Source: Monocercomonoides exilis PA203 (Eukaryota; Protista; Preaxostyla). Taken from it: DNA of 64,000 bases. The notes under the pieces are model-generated. The model saw nothing but the letters and a program-made list of their open reading frames with translations. It did no database searches and was not told the origin of the DNA. Shown piece by piece: positions 38,546-51,100 of this stretch. The stretch covers positions 992,001-1,056,000 of the forward strand of contig LSRY02000012.1 of NCBI GenBank assembly GCA_001643675.2, read 5' to 3'. Each line of letters begins with the position of its first letter. Within the stretch, counting starts at the first letter, position 1. Made by a program: the position numbers and the translations under genes.

Positions 38546-39870
38546 ATGCTCCAGGAACTGAAGATTTGCACAGTTGATGAGCAGAAACAAAAATTTGAAA
38601 AAGTATTCAGTTTTCTTCCTGAAATAAATGGCAAAGAATTTAAGGCTATTTTTTCAAAAGAAATCTTTGAGGAAATTGAAACAATGATCGAAGAAAATAT
38701 ATTATCGCTCGAAAATTCTTTTTGTTTGCTGAAGAGATTTGGGTGTTGGAAAGTGCAAAAAGAAAAGTTTATTTTTGGTTTTTGTATGTCTTCGTTGAAA
38801 AAAAGATTTGAGAAGATGATCATTGAAGATGAGAAGAAGAAAGAACGAAAAAATGAAAAGATGCTAATTGATCTATGTGTGAAGTTTCGAACGTTTGGAG
38901 TTTACAGAACTTGTCAATTGCCTCCCAACGATTTACATGAAGTCTGTGTTAGTTTCCTTCTGAAAGTTGTTTTAAAGAAAATGAAAAATTCGGATGCACA
39001 AAGTGAAGTTGAAGAAGCATTATTGGCATTGAGTAATATTTGCGAGAATCACGTTTGTAAATTGTCATTTCATTATCTTTATTCAGATTTTGAATAATGT
39101 GTTAAAAAAGACTGTTTGCGAAAAATTGTTCTTGAAGGAGGTTGTTGATATCGTCAAGTATCATCAGGAGCATTACGATTTCACATATCTTGCTTATCAA
39201 TCGATTTGGTATTTTCTTGCAAACAGATGTTGGAGAAGCTCTGAAGTTAAAAATGTGATTGTGAATGATCTGCATTTTGTAGAAGAAGCAATGCGAGTAT
39301 TAGAAGAGCTGGAGAGATTCGTTGAATTGAGTAAAAGCAAAGAGAAAATATTTAGAAAGAAAGAAAAATCGTTTATTTTGAGATGAAACAAGACATTAAA
39401 AGATTGTTGTTCTATTTGTAGCATTTCAAATAGCGACTATGTGAAAATAATAAGAAGCATTGTTAGGTTGTGCAGAGCTGCTCAGGGTTACAATGGAAAG
39501 ATAATAATTGGATACTATTTTGAATTTTTCCATTATTTTTCCCACCCAAAAAACGAAAACGCAGAAGGATTTTTAGAAAGTGGAGCTGTTGATTTTTTTT
39601 TAAAGGAACTTTTGCATCCAACGTTTGACCTTTTTGAAATACACTGTTGTTTTGTTGTCTTTTGGAAACTTTTAGAAAGTCTAAACAAAAGTGTGAATAA
39701 GAAAACAGATTGGGCAAAACTGAAGATTATTAAGAAGAAGTTATATAAAGTACAATAGGAAGAAGGATTTGAAGATTGCATCATTAGTTTCACCGGAGCA
39801 TTTCTTCTTCAAATTTTAGGAATGTCCGTTCTGCTTTAGGATCCCAATAATTTTATTATATGTTACTGAA
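38546..39870 (+). pseudogene. Disrupted member of a lineage-specific multicopy helical-repeat family (Monocercomonoides-type)
   Basis: Motifs EQKQK, SSLKKRFEKMI..E.KK...LIDLC, CVSFLLKVVLKK..EVEEALLALSNI, YHQEH..TYLAYQSIW, EEGFEDCIISF. In-frame TGA (39384) and TAG (39756) fall where W and E are expected. Confidence 0.65.
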
Positions 39871-39872
39871 TA

Positions 39873-42371
39873 CCATTGGTGCCAAAACCGGGACCTTTCG
39901 CGAAACCCTGAACCATTCGCAATCCAGAAATAAAAAATAATCGCAATCAATACCTTTTTCCACTTTCAAAAAAAACATAATACAAATTCAAATAAAAAAT
40001 ACTCGAAGGATAAATGAAATTACATACACACCATTTTCTTGTATTGATATAATATCTCCATGAAAAACGTCATAAAATTTCCTGATATTTCAGAAACATC
40101 AAAGAAATTTTTGACGAAACAAAAACACACAGTGATAAAACAAAAAAGAAATAATATTTCATATGATTTTTCTTGATTTCACTTTGTGTTTTTTCAAAAC
40201 GGATTTTTTATTGCTTCGATCAATTCCATAATGCGTTATGGAAAAAACTCAAACAAATATTTGCAAGTTGCAAAAAGTTATTACAAAATCTTGTTATAGA
40301 AAAATTAAATCTAGATCGCAAAAACTTTTTGAAGCAAAGAAAGAAATTCCAATTTCATGCAGAGAAGCTACGAAAGCGCAATTAATTTCTTAATCATCTT
40401 GGTTCCGTGCAAAAAAAGCAGAAAATAAAGGGCGAATTGTTGGAAGGATCAGTGTGAAACTTGCGATTTCTGATTCAGAATCGGAAATAATAGATAATCA
40501 GGTTTTATCGAAATTATCTGAACATGAAATAGTGGGAGTTTCAGATGTCCAATCAATGGTATTTCTATTTTATTGTTTGAAATTTTATTTATTTTCTTTA
40601 TTTCAGTGCGTTGAGTTGAAGCAAAAAAGAATGGAGAGCGCAAACAAAGAGGTAACCTTTGATTAGAAATATGCTTACAAATTGTTGAAAAGAAGCGAAA
40701 TCATTCACACTGCTGTCGCGAAACCGTTGGAAGCTGCAAAGATTATTGCACAATCACCAGAATCCATTAGAACATGGTTTGCTGATTTGGCTGACTTGGA
40801 TAAAAAGTATAATATCGTTGGATCAGCCATTTTCAATTTTGACGAAACTTCTGTTCGATTTGGACAAGAAGCGTCAAAACTTTTTGTTTGCCTGAAGGAT
40901 CAACTTCCTCCTTCACCTCCAGCTCCACAAAAGGTCTCGAATGCAACAATGTGTTTCTGTGTGTGTGCTGATGGCTCATGTTTGAATCATTATTTGCTCT
41001 GGCCAAACAGGTCGATCCCTGACGAGTTTTCGAATTTTCCTTCATTTTCCATCAAATATCTTTACGCAAGCTCCGGATGGATCACAAACGATTTATTAAC
41101 GACGATTTTTATCAATGATTGGCTGATTCATATCAAAGAGAAAGTGAAGCCAACTCGCTTGAGGAGAGCATTAATTCTGATGGATCATCATGTTACGCAT
41201 TTCTGCCCTGAAGTTATTACAGCTGCAAAAAATTCCCATATAATTATTGAGTATTTCCCTCAGAATATTACTCATTTCCACAACCTTGTTACAGTTGCAT
41301 TTCTTCCATGTTTTAATTTGTGCAAAACAACTTGCTTCATACACCACATCCATTTTCGTTGCGAACATACAGGTTTTCCTTTTCTCGAGTTCTATGAGAT
41401 ATAACAGCAGCAACAGTTCAGCCTTCCACAATTAGAATTGCTTTTTTGAAAACAGGTGTTTGGCCTATAACAGCAACTGAAGTTCTATCACGAGTTTGTG
41501 GATCTGCAAAACAAATCTCTGGAGGGAAGAAAGTTATCAAGTCATCTACGGATCTTCAATCAGAATTGTTCGGAAAATTTTCACCGACAAAGAAAATGGA
41601 TAAAAAAACGAATTTTGATGAAAAATCTGCAATAACACAACCAAGTTGCCTTAAAGACACAAATGACTTACAAAGAGAGCTGGATGTTTTATGCAACCGT
41701 GTTGCACAAATAAAGAAGCAATTGGAAGATGCAACAGGTTCAAAGAATGAAGAGGATGAAAACTTGAACGTGATGAAAAAAGAAAAAGTGACAATTGTGA
41801 AGGAAGAAGATTCAATTTTTGATATGAAGAAATCAGAAAAACGAAGATAGCTGGACATTCTACAAGATGATATGGATGCATTAGAAGTAGATGAATTAAA
41901 AGAATCAATCACCAAAATTTGGGCGAAAGCAAAACGTTTGACAGCTTCAAGGGTGAGATATGTTGGCATGATGACAAGATGCCTATCTCCAATAATCATT
42001 TAAAAAAATAAGAAGGCTCGTGAAAACTGCTTCTTGAAAAAGAAAATGCAAAAACAAAAAGAAGTATAATGAAATGAAAAGAGATTCATCACTAATTCAA
42101 TTATCTGTTGGCAGAATCATAATTGTTGTTTAGAAATGTTTTATGTGTGAAAAAACAATTTATTAGGTTTTCCTCAATCGTTGAATGATTTTCCTATCAT
42201 TTCATCAGTTTTGAAACCGTTTGATAACAAACATGCAATGGCTTTTTAAATTCATTGGTAAACAAAGGAGAATTTCAAATAAAAAATTTCATAAAATGAA
42301 AAATATTATCAATGTTCAGTTTCATAAAAAGTTCCGGATTTCGCGAAAGGTCCCGGTTTTGGCACCAATGG
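39873..42371 (+). mobile_element. Decayed pogo-like DNA transposon, 2499 bp, 33-bp perfect (41-bp imperfect) TIRs, TA TSD
   Basis: TA|CCATTGGTGCCAAAACCGGGACCTTTCGCGAAA ... TTTCGCGAAAGGTCCCGGTTTTGGCACCAATGG|TA. Confidence 0.93.
40238..42003 (+). pseudogene. pogo/CENP-B-type (DDE_1) transposase pseudogene with a 48-bp intron (40559-40606); 3' end approximate
   Basis: IFNFDETS, CVCADGS, SSGWIT, ALILMDHHVTHF, FPQNITH (frameshift) QPCY, FLKTGVWP. Contains stops and frameshifts; the third Asp is replaced. Confidence 0.85.
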
Positions 42372-42987
42372 TATATGAAACAACGCTTATCATCAGCAAA
42401 TCATAATCAATTCCATTATAAATTGAAATTTCTGAAAGAAATAAACAATTGTTAGACCATTTTCCGAAAATGATTGAGGCAACAAAATTATGTGATGCTT
42501 TCTGATACCAAAAAGGATATATGATAGAGCTTCCTTGAAATGGATTAAACAAATATTTTCAAACTCAATAAATTGCATTTCCGATATTTTCATAAAAATG
42601 TATCGTTTCATTTATTCTTTTCTTTCTTTTTTTTCTAAATTTGCATTACGATCCAAATGATTATTTAGTGATTAAAGATAAAAATCATCATCGAAATTAA
42701 AATAAACAAATAATTTACTTGAGCTTTTGCTTGATTTTTACTCCAGATGATATTATTACCAAATATAAAAATTTTTGTGTTATTTTTTGTAAATGAGTCC
42801 GGAGAAAGTCATAAGTCAATTTTCAAGATTGATGCATGTGTGAAACAATTGCTTAAACTCGTGTAAAAGAAAAATTAGTTTTGATCCTGTTTCTTTAAAC
42901 TATGTTGGCGAAATTTAAATTGCATGAACAACAAAAATTTTCTGAAAAGAGAAAAACGATCTTTCTGGCCATAATAAATTGGTTAAA

Positions 42988-44899
42988 ATGAAGTTTGGTT
43001 TATTTATGCGTTTATATGCAAATAAATATTTAAAATGAATGAATATATTTAATGGAAATTATAGCACTGAGCTAAAATGGTGGAATGATAATCGAGCTAA
43101 TTTGAGTTTTTTAAGCACCGATGACACAATAAAGCTTAAGCATTTTCCTATAACCACTGCAGATTTAAGAAGAGATTATTTCGCAAAAGGCAAAAAAGAA
43201 GAATTTAGTAATGAAGTTATGTCTAAATGTAATTTTTCTCAAGAATTGTCTTCAAAGATAGCAGATGAAATGTGGTCAGCACTTGAACAAGATACTTACT
43301 TTATTGAATCGCTTCGAAAGGAACAAGATCTCCATAAGGGAATTATTAATCTAGGAGAAGTTTGATATATGTTTTTAAAAGTATTGTTCTGAAATTGATC
43401 TTTTATATTTATAGTGTACATTAGCGTTACAAAAGAACATAGCAGGAGTTGCTTTCGACACTCAGCAATTACGAAAGGAGATTCCCGCAATTGTGAATGA
43501 GACTGCGTCGCTTCCAATTGAATCCATGCAGCATCAACTTGCATTGATGGAAGAATCTTTAAATTCTCGAATCGACAAACTTGAAAAAGCTGTAAGAGAG
43601 AATGCAACCTATGTTCAAATATTAGTAGGATTGATACGCGGAGAAAGAGAAGCAGAAGAAATGCGAATAAAAGCAATCGAACAGGCTGAAAGAAAGAAAA
43701 TTGAAGAAGAAATGGCAAAAGAAAGAGCTAAAGTTGAAGAGGAGATGAGAATTGCTGAAGAAGAGAGGAGAAGAAGGGAAGAAGAAGAAGAACGACTTCG
43801 AGTGAAGACAGAAGAAGAACTTGCTGCAGAGCGAGCTATTTTGGAAGCGAAACGGCGTGAAGAGGAAGAAGCCAGACGAAAAATAACAGAAAGGCATAAC
43901 AGAATTGCTTCAATCAAAGAAGCACTTCAAAAATCTGTTGAGGTGCAGATAAAAACTGCTCGCCTGGTGAGCTTGTTACCTCAAAGCGTCAAAGTCAGCT
44001 CGAACGGGAGAAGCGCAGTGTGGAAGGCATTCAATCCATGTGTGCTGTACTTGCCTGTGTTCCCGTTCCAAACGCTCGACAGCCACACCAATGGACTCCT
44101 CACTGGAGACCTTGCATTAACACCCGAAGAGAGAGACGAAGATCTTGCCAGCGAGATCATCTCTGGCGGTGTGTGGGTCTGTGAATGGAAAATTACGCAG
44201 GACAATGAAGAATCGGTTGTGCTGCAGTGTGCCATTGGGATTGTCGATGCTGCTGTGATACCAACCTCTGAAGCATCTCCTTCATTGGCTCACTCAATGC
44301 CTTCAATGTCTTCGTCTTCCACACCTTCTTCAGATGCTGACTCGTCTCTGAGTGAAAGCTCGCTTTCTGCATCAGCTTCGCCCGATGCTTCGCCTGCACA
44401 TTCGCTCACACTCTCACAGTCAGACACGTCACGTTCCGAAGACATCCTCACGGCCAATGACAATGTTGGAATGAAAGCGTATGGCTGTGTCTATCAGTCT
44501 GGTCAGGGAGATTGTGTGCAAAAGAAGCGACGTCTGAAGGGAAATGCAGCGTATGGCAAAGGTGACACCATTGGTGTTGAGGTCGACATGGAAACGCGAC
44601 GTATTGGATGGACAAAGAACGGGAAGCCACAGCCAGTTGTATTCAGTAACATTCCAAATAGAATTGCTTTTATTGTATGTATTTTGTAATATTTTATTTT
44701 TCTTTCTCTTCACGATTTCATTTTTTTTGCGTGTATGATATTATTTTTTTATCCATCATCCTTGCAAATCTTTTCCTCGATTCTTTAGTGTCGGTGCACA
44801 GAAGAAGGAGTCACTGTGAAATGCACCTCTCTCAAGAAGATTAGCCGAGCACAAGTCAGCGGCCACATCGATTCTGTGGAAACGCCTTGGGAATATTGA
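42988..44899 (+). CDS. Coiled-coil + SPRY/B30.2-domain protein, multi-exon (start tentative)
   Basis: Glu/Arg coiled coil followed by ISGGVWVCEWKI...AIGIV...GNAAYGKGDTIGVEVDMETRRIGWTKNGKPQPVVFSNIP. Last exon ends PWEY* at 44899. Confidence 0.75.
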
Positions 44900-45136
44900 T
44901 CTGGACTCTGATGAAAACACACTGAGTGCTTCTGTCTTTCTCGCTTCTTTCATCTTCATACATCTTATTGTCTAACATTTGTTCTTATTATAATTGTTAG
45001 TGGTTGCACTTCATCTTTTCATGAGTGAAAAAAACTGTAAAAAGCTAATAAAAATAAAATTAAACAGCGAAATGAGTCGAAAATCTGTTTTGAAGAAATA
45101 AAAATTGATAGAAAGACATGAAAATTGAGAAAGAGA

Positions 45137-47883
45137 CTAAGAATGTGCCTCTTCTTCTCCTGCAAGAGACGCGGCTGTGGATGCAATGGCCGATTTCATC
45201 TGCTGTCGTGCTGTTTCGATGAATCTGCGCTGGTCTCGTTTCACTAAAGAAGTACACAAAATATGACATAATAAGATTTGAATGTTAAAAAAAAGATTGT
45301 TTTAAACAGTGATTGATGCAATTATTTCAGTTAAAGGAAATAAGATGAAAATGGAAGAAGAAGAATTTCTAACCTTGCTCGCGAAGAAGACCATGTTCGA
45401 CTTCTGGGAAGAGGAATGAAGTGACCAGATCTTTCACCACTTTTTCCGGATCTCTCTGAAAGTTACAAATCAACAAAAAGGTTTTCATTTAAGGGTGGGA
45501 AAAAATAAAGAAAGAAAAGAAAAGAAAGAAACAGAGTGAGAAAGAGAGAAAAGAAAGAGGAAAAGCAAATGAGCAATTATAATTTTGCAAAAGAATAATG
45601 AGTTAAATGAAGAAAGATTAAAAAATGAGACCTGTTCGACTTGGTACAACACATCTCCCAATCTGCCAGCCAATACACGAGCTTCCATAACAGCGTTCTT
45701 CTTTGCAGCTGAAAAGAGAAAAATGATTAGATGATAAAATAAAAAGATATTCCAAAATTGAAGAAAATATGTTAATCAAAAAAGAAAAAGAAAAAGAAAT
45801 CATAAATTAAAATAAGTCACAAATAATTGAAAAAAAATTCGCAATAATGCAAGAACATTCTCTTTAAAAATCAGCAATTCTCACCAAATACAAACCAGCA
45901 TCGCACGAGTCTGCAATAATCGACTCCAAGAACGCGTCCACTGTTCTGTGCTGTGTGTGCATCACCTGTCTCATTCTCTCGTCTTCTCTCGCTCTCTTCT
46001 CTTCCTCCTCCTGTCTGCGCCCGCTCTCTGCCGCCTCTCTCAGTCTTCTGCTTCTCTCTGCCAGCTGCACCATCGCTGCCACACGCCTCTCCTCCCTCAC
46101 TCTCACCAGCTCTGCAGACAGCGTGTCCAGCGTAGCACCAATAACCTCTCCAACTGCGCCACTGACAATCGCCCTGGCAGCCTTTTCTTGTGCCTCAGCC
46201 AACTCAGCTTTAGCATCCTCGTCCAGGCCAGCCATGTCGAACTCAGCCTGCTCTTTCCTCTGCCTTAGGTCTTCTTCAAGACGGAGCTCGCGGATCAAGT
46301 CAGCACGCTTCATCTTGCCTTCCAGCATCATCGTCTGCACGGCCCTTCCTCTCAGCAAGCGCTGCAGCAACAGCGCAGCTCCATATCTTTCGTCGTCTGT
46401 CGCAGCGCCTTCTCCTCCTTCGCCTTCCATTTCGACTGTTGGTGTCGGTGGACGCACAGGAATATGCTTCGTCTTCTTCTTCTTTTCGCCTTCTCTTTCA
46501 ACCGATCCTGTTGAGGCAGCTGTGCCAGGTCGCTTCTGGGCTCGCAACGCTGCCTCCATCTCGCGAATGTGTCCGTCTATTTTCAGCTGCTGCCGCTCAG
46601 CCATTGTCTTTGGCTTGGGCTTTGATGGCAAACGGACAGGGCGAGTGAGAACAGAAAGAGGAAGATCTCGCTCGAGAATTTCAAGACCTGTTGTATTAAA
46701 AAAAAGAATGAAAAGAAATAGATTTATAAAAAAAAAAAGGCACATTTGTGTATAAATAAAATTTGTTAGAAATTCAAAGATAAAATCAAATTATTATTAT
46801 TTTTTTTTGAATTGTTCAATTTTATAATCAGAAAGCAGACCTTCGAATGTTTCATTGTACACATTCCGAACAGTTACGCGAGCAACTGCTCTTTCACCGA
46901 CAAGTCCATCGCGCGGCAGAGGAGCATACACTTTTGATTCAAAATTGTGATATTCCTCAACTCGATCCCTCTTCTTTCTTTGTCTTCCTTCAGGTTCTCG
47001 TGCTTCGATTGCGAAATGCCTCAGATTTTTAACTCTTTCTCTTTCAATTGTATGTACAGAAACATCTTTTGTAGCTTCTTTTTCTTCTTTTATTTTCATA
47101 AGTCTTTCTTTCATCACATTCTCCCGAGCTTGTTCTCGAGATGCTAATGCAGTTCTCAGCGCATTAATCCTCCTTTCATGAGCTGCTTTAACTTCCTCTT
47201 CTCTTTCCATCCAATCGTCTAAATCGCATTGCGCAAAATGTTTAACGCGTGCCTTAAAAGCACGAGGATCTGATCCTGTTGGAAGTCTTGCTTCTTTTTC
47301 GCGTCTTTCTTGAGCTTTTTCAATTTGAGCAACTTCGAAAGCTCCAGCAGGAAGTCCATGCCCGTAAGTAAATGAAATAAGCGCAACTATATCTGGATCC
47401 GGTTGGCCGGGTGGAATTATGGATGGAGGAGTGTATGGATCGGTCTGGGCCTCAGAATCTCTAAAACAAAGAAATGACCAACGAGAGCAAACAAAATAAC
47501 CAAACCTATAATCTGTTTGAATTGCCATTTCTCGAGTTTTAACAGTTGTTCCATCAGCTCTGACAACTGTATCTATTTCACTGTTATTATGCAAACGTAT
47601 AAACATTTATTGAAAATTTTCATTTAATAAGTTTGAGAAAAGAAAATGTAAACCCTTGCTGTATAAGTCCACCCCCGAATGTCAAGTGTGGATGCCTAAA
47701 TAAATTTTGTTGAATATTTCGACGATTAGCTCGTTGATTCCCTTTGATTATTAATAGATAAAAAATTGGACCAAACAAATTAAAAGTCAAAAAGAACTTA
47801 ACAATCAAAAAAATGAATAAGCTACCATTTGGAAGTGTCAACGTATGAGTTGTAGTTCCTTGCTGAGCCGAGCGTCGAAACAT
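45137..47883 (-). CDS. CFAP91: Cilia- and flagella-associated protein 91 (MAATS1/AAT-1), multi-exon
   Basis: AIQTDYR|DSEAQTDPYTP, TYGHGLPAG..EV..IE, YHNFESKVYAPLPRDG, RPPTPTV, LLQRLLRGRAVQTMMLEGK, AERSRRLREAAESGRRQEEE. Confidence 0.9.
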
Positions 47884-48152
47884 TTTTTCAACGAACTTAG
47901 ACAAGTTATGGGCTAAAAACAAAAAATTTGATTTCTAATATCATTGATGAGTATCATTAAGGTTTTTTATTTATTAAAAATCAATACACAAATACCTTTA
48001 TTAATATTATCAAATATAAACAAATTAAAATACAACCATATAAAAAGAACACTCGCAAAGCAGCTTAAAGCGTTTGAACATTTTATTTTTTTGTAGTCAA
48101 TGCGCATTCGTTATTTTATTCAATACAGCTCAAAATTTTGATTATTTAGTTT

Positions 48153-51100
48153 ATGTCAACAAAAATGAATTCAGCCGAACACTCGTCACAAAGTTCACCT
48201 GAGCATTTTCAGCATACTCGAATAATCAACTCGAAAAGTCCTTCAGCTGAAATGTCGTCACTAAGCCAGAAGAAAGAGAATAAACAAAAATCAAATGATT
48301 ATTTATCCAATAAAAATGTAACAAAAAGCGAAACACAGAAAAAAGTTGACACATTGAAAACAAATACGATTGGTATTAAGCGCTTTCAAGGGAATGAGCA
48401 GGACGAAGCAAATTCGAACGATGAAAGCGATCACGAATTGGATCATGATCAAATTATAAAAATTGCTCAGGATGAGATATTATTTCTAAATTCTGCTCTG
48501 AAAACCAAAGAACAAGAGCTACAAGAAACAAAAAGAAGGCTTCAGGGTGCAATTGAGCGTCATCGAATTGAAAAAGAGGAAATTTATCAAAAGACAGTGG
48601 AAGATACAATTCAACAAGCTGATGCACGGCTTAACGAAGAAATCACAAAAGCAACTCAACCGCTAGAAGTTAAAGTTAAAGCTTTAAATGAAGAGAATAT
48701 CAAGTTAAAAAAGAGAATTGCAACTCAACGTGAAGAAATATATAAATATAAGCATGCTCTGAATGATGCAAACCAAAAATTTGAAGAAGAAAAGAAAAGA
48801 AACGAAGAGCTATCACAAAAACTGAAAATGGCACAATCGCGAGCATCGTCATTGAGCGTTGTCCTTCAGAGGATGAAAGAGGAACGCACAAAAGAGCGTA
48901 AAGCAAATGAAGAAGAAAAGCAGCAACTGAAAAAAGAAAATGAAATGCTTCAAAAAAGACACAAAGTAATCCTCGCACGAATGACACGCGAAGCAGCCGA
49001 AAAAGAAAAACAGCAGTCGAACAAGGAAAACGAAGAGCATCAACAAGAATCGGAGAGCAATTCTCCACAAGAAGAAGTTAAAACGATTAAAAGCGAAGCT
49101 CCAAAACAAGATAACGAATATTCTGAATCTGATCCTGTCGAAAAAGTCAAATCAGAACCCGCAAAAGATCAGCAAGAAAAGAGTTCACCTGCTGCGAAAA
49201 CTGAGAACAAAGAGGAAGCCAACGAGAATGAGACGATTGAAGAGCTTTTGAAACGGCTGGGTTTGGATGAGTATATTCCAGAGACTTGCATTCATGATTC
49301 TTCTGAAGAAGGCGAACAAAAGAAATTAGAGGAATCTTTTAAAAGCTCACCAACTTTGTGTGAAAGCAGCCATAATAGCAAAGAACAGTCTGTTTTGGAA
49401 GTGAGCCCTTCTCATTCAGCAAAGACGCCAAAGAAGCAACAAGAACCGCATGCTGAATCATCAGCTCAGTCAACAACGCTCCGTGCGCCTGCACTCACGT
49501 CAGTCTCTTCCACATTCATTGCAGCATCCACTTCGAGTCCTCCTTCTTCCAAGCACGCTTCTGATGATGATGCTGTTAATGTTACTCCAAAAACATCTCC
49601 TTTACAAAATAAAACTAGTTCAATAACGCCTCCACAAACTGACCAACCACACACTCATTCACCCATTTCACAAAATTCACCATTGAAGCGCACGAGCCCT
49701 CTCCCTCCTCCTCCTCCTCCTCCTCCTCCTCCTCCTCCTCCTCCTCCTCCTCCTCCTCCTCCCCTTCATTCTCCTCCTCTTCGTTCTCCACCATCTGTTC
49801 TCAGCAATTCATCTGTAATTCCTCCTTCAGAGGGACAACACCAGCTTCTTTCTCCTCCTTCGCAACTCTCTTCTTCCCTGTCTCCACAAACAGATTCTTC
49901 TTATCTTCTGCCGTTTGGCCACCACATCTCAACACCTTCTATCCAAACGGCCCATCTCACCCAGCCACTCGACCCTCTTCCCATCTCTTCTTCTTCTGCT
50001 TCTTCTTCCTCTTCTTCCTCTGCAATGCTCTACAATCCATATCTCTTTGCAAACTCTGCCCAGCTCGCCCCAACCCTTTCCATAGCACACACTCCATATT
50101 TTGCTGACCCGCTCACTGCTGTTCCCATTTCACCGTTGCATTCACTTGCTTTTCATTCTCAGCCATCTCCTGCTTCACCTTATTTCTCACTGACAGACTT
50201 TGTGAGATATCACATCCCATTGGCAGCAGAGGAAGAGAACAAGTTAGCATCTTCAAAACATAAAAGGAATTCGAAAAGCAAAACGCATCATGAAGGAAAA
50301 GAGAAGGAGAAGGAGAAGGAGAAGGAGAAAGAAGAAAGACATGATAAACGAACGAAAAAGGCAAAAGAAAAGAAAGAAAGATCAAAGGAGCATAAGTCAA
50401 AGAGTGAACATGATGAACAAAAAGAAGAGAAGAAGAAATCAATTAAAAAGAATGTTGAGAAAGGAAACGACAAAGACAAAGATAAAAAGGAAAAGAAAGA
50501 GAAAGAGAAAGAGAAAGGCAGAGAAAAGGAAAAGGAAAAGAAAGAGCGAAAAGAAAAGACAAAAGAAAAAGAAATTGAGAACGAAGGCAAAACAACAAAA
50601 AAAGATTCAACTCCTAATCATCACAGAAGCAAGTCCAAAAAGAAGGATAAAAAAGAACATGTTTCATCATCTCGTTCTCCATCGTCTGAAAAAGATAGTC
50701 CGCTCTCTTTATCATCAACATCATCTGAATCATCTGAATCAGAAGAATCAGAAGAATCAAAAGACTCAGAAGCATCTAATAAAAATTCATTGAGAAAAGG
50801 TTCAGCCAAAAGTGATAGAAGCTCTTTGGATGATGAAGTTAAGGACGGAGAAGCAAAAGATGATGAAAAATTATCAGAAAGCAAAGAAGATGGAATAAAG
50901 CAGAAACAAAAAGAGCTTGAAGAATCTGCAAAAGGCGATGAATTAAAAGACGAAGGCAATCAAACAAAACAAGATTCGTTCAATAAAAATGAATCTGAAG
51001 ATCGCAAATCCATAACAGATGGTCCAACCTTTATTGAAGCGAAACCCGAAGACACTGGACTTTCTCCAGTACTGACACCTCCTTTCTCTCAAAAGCGTAA

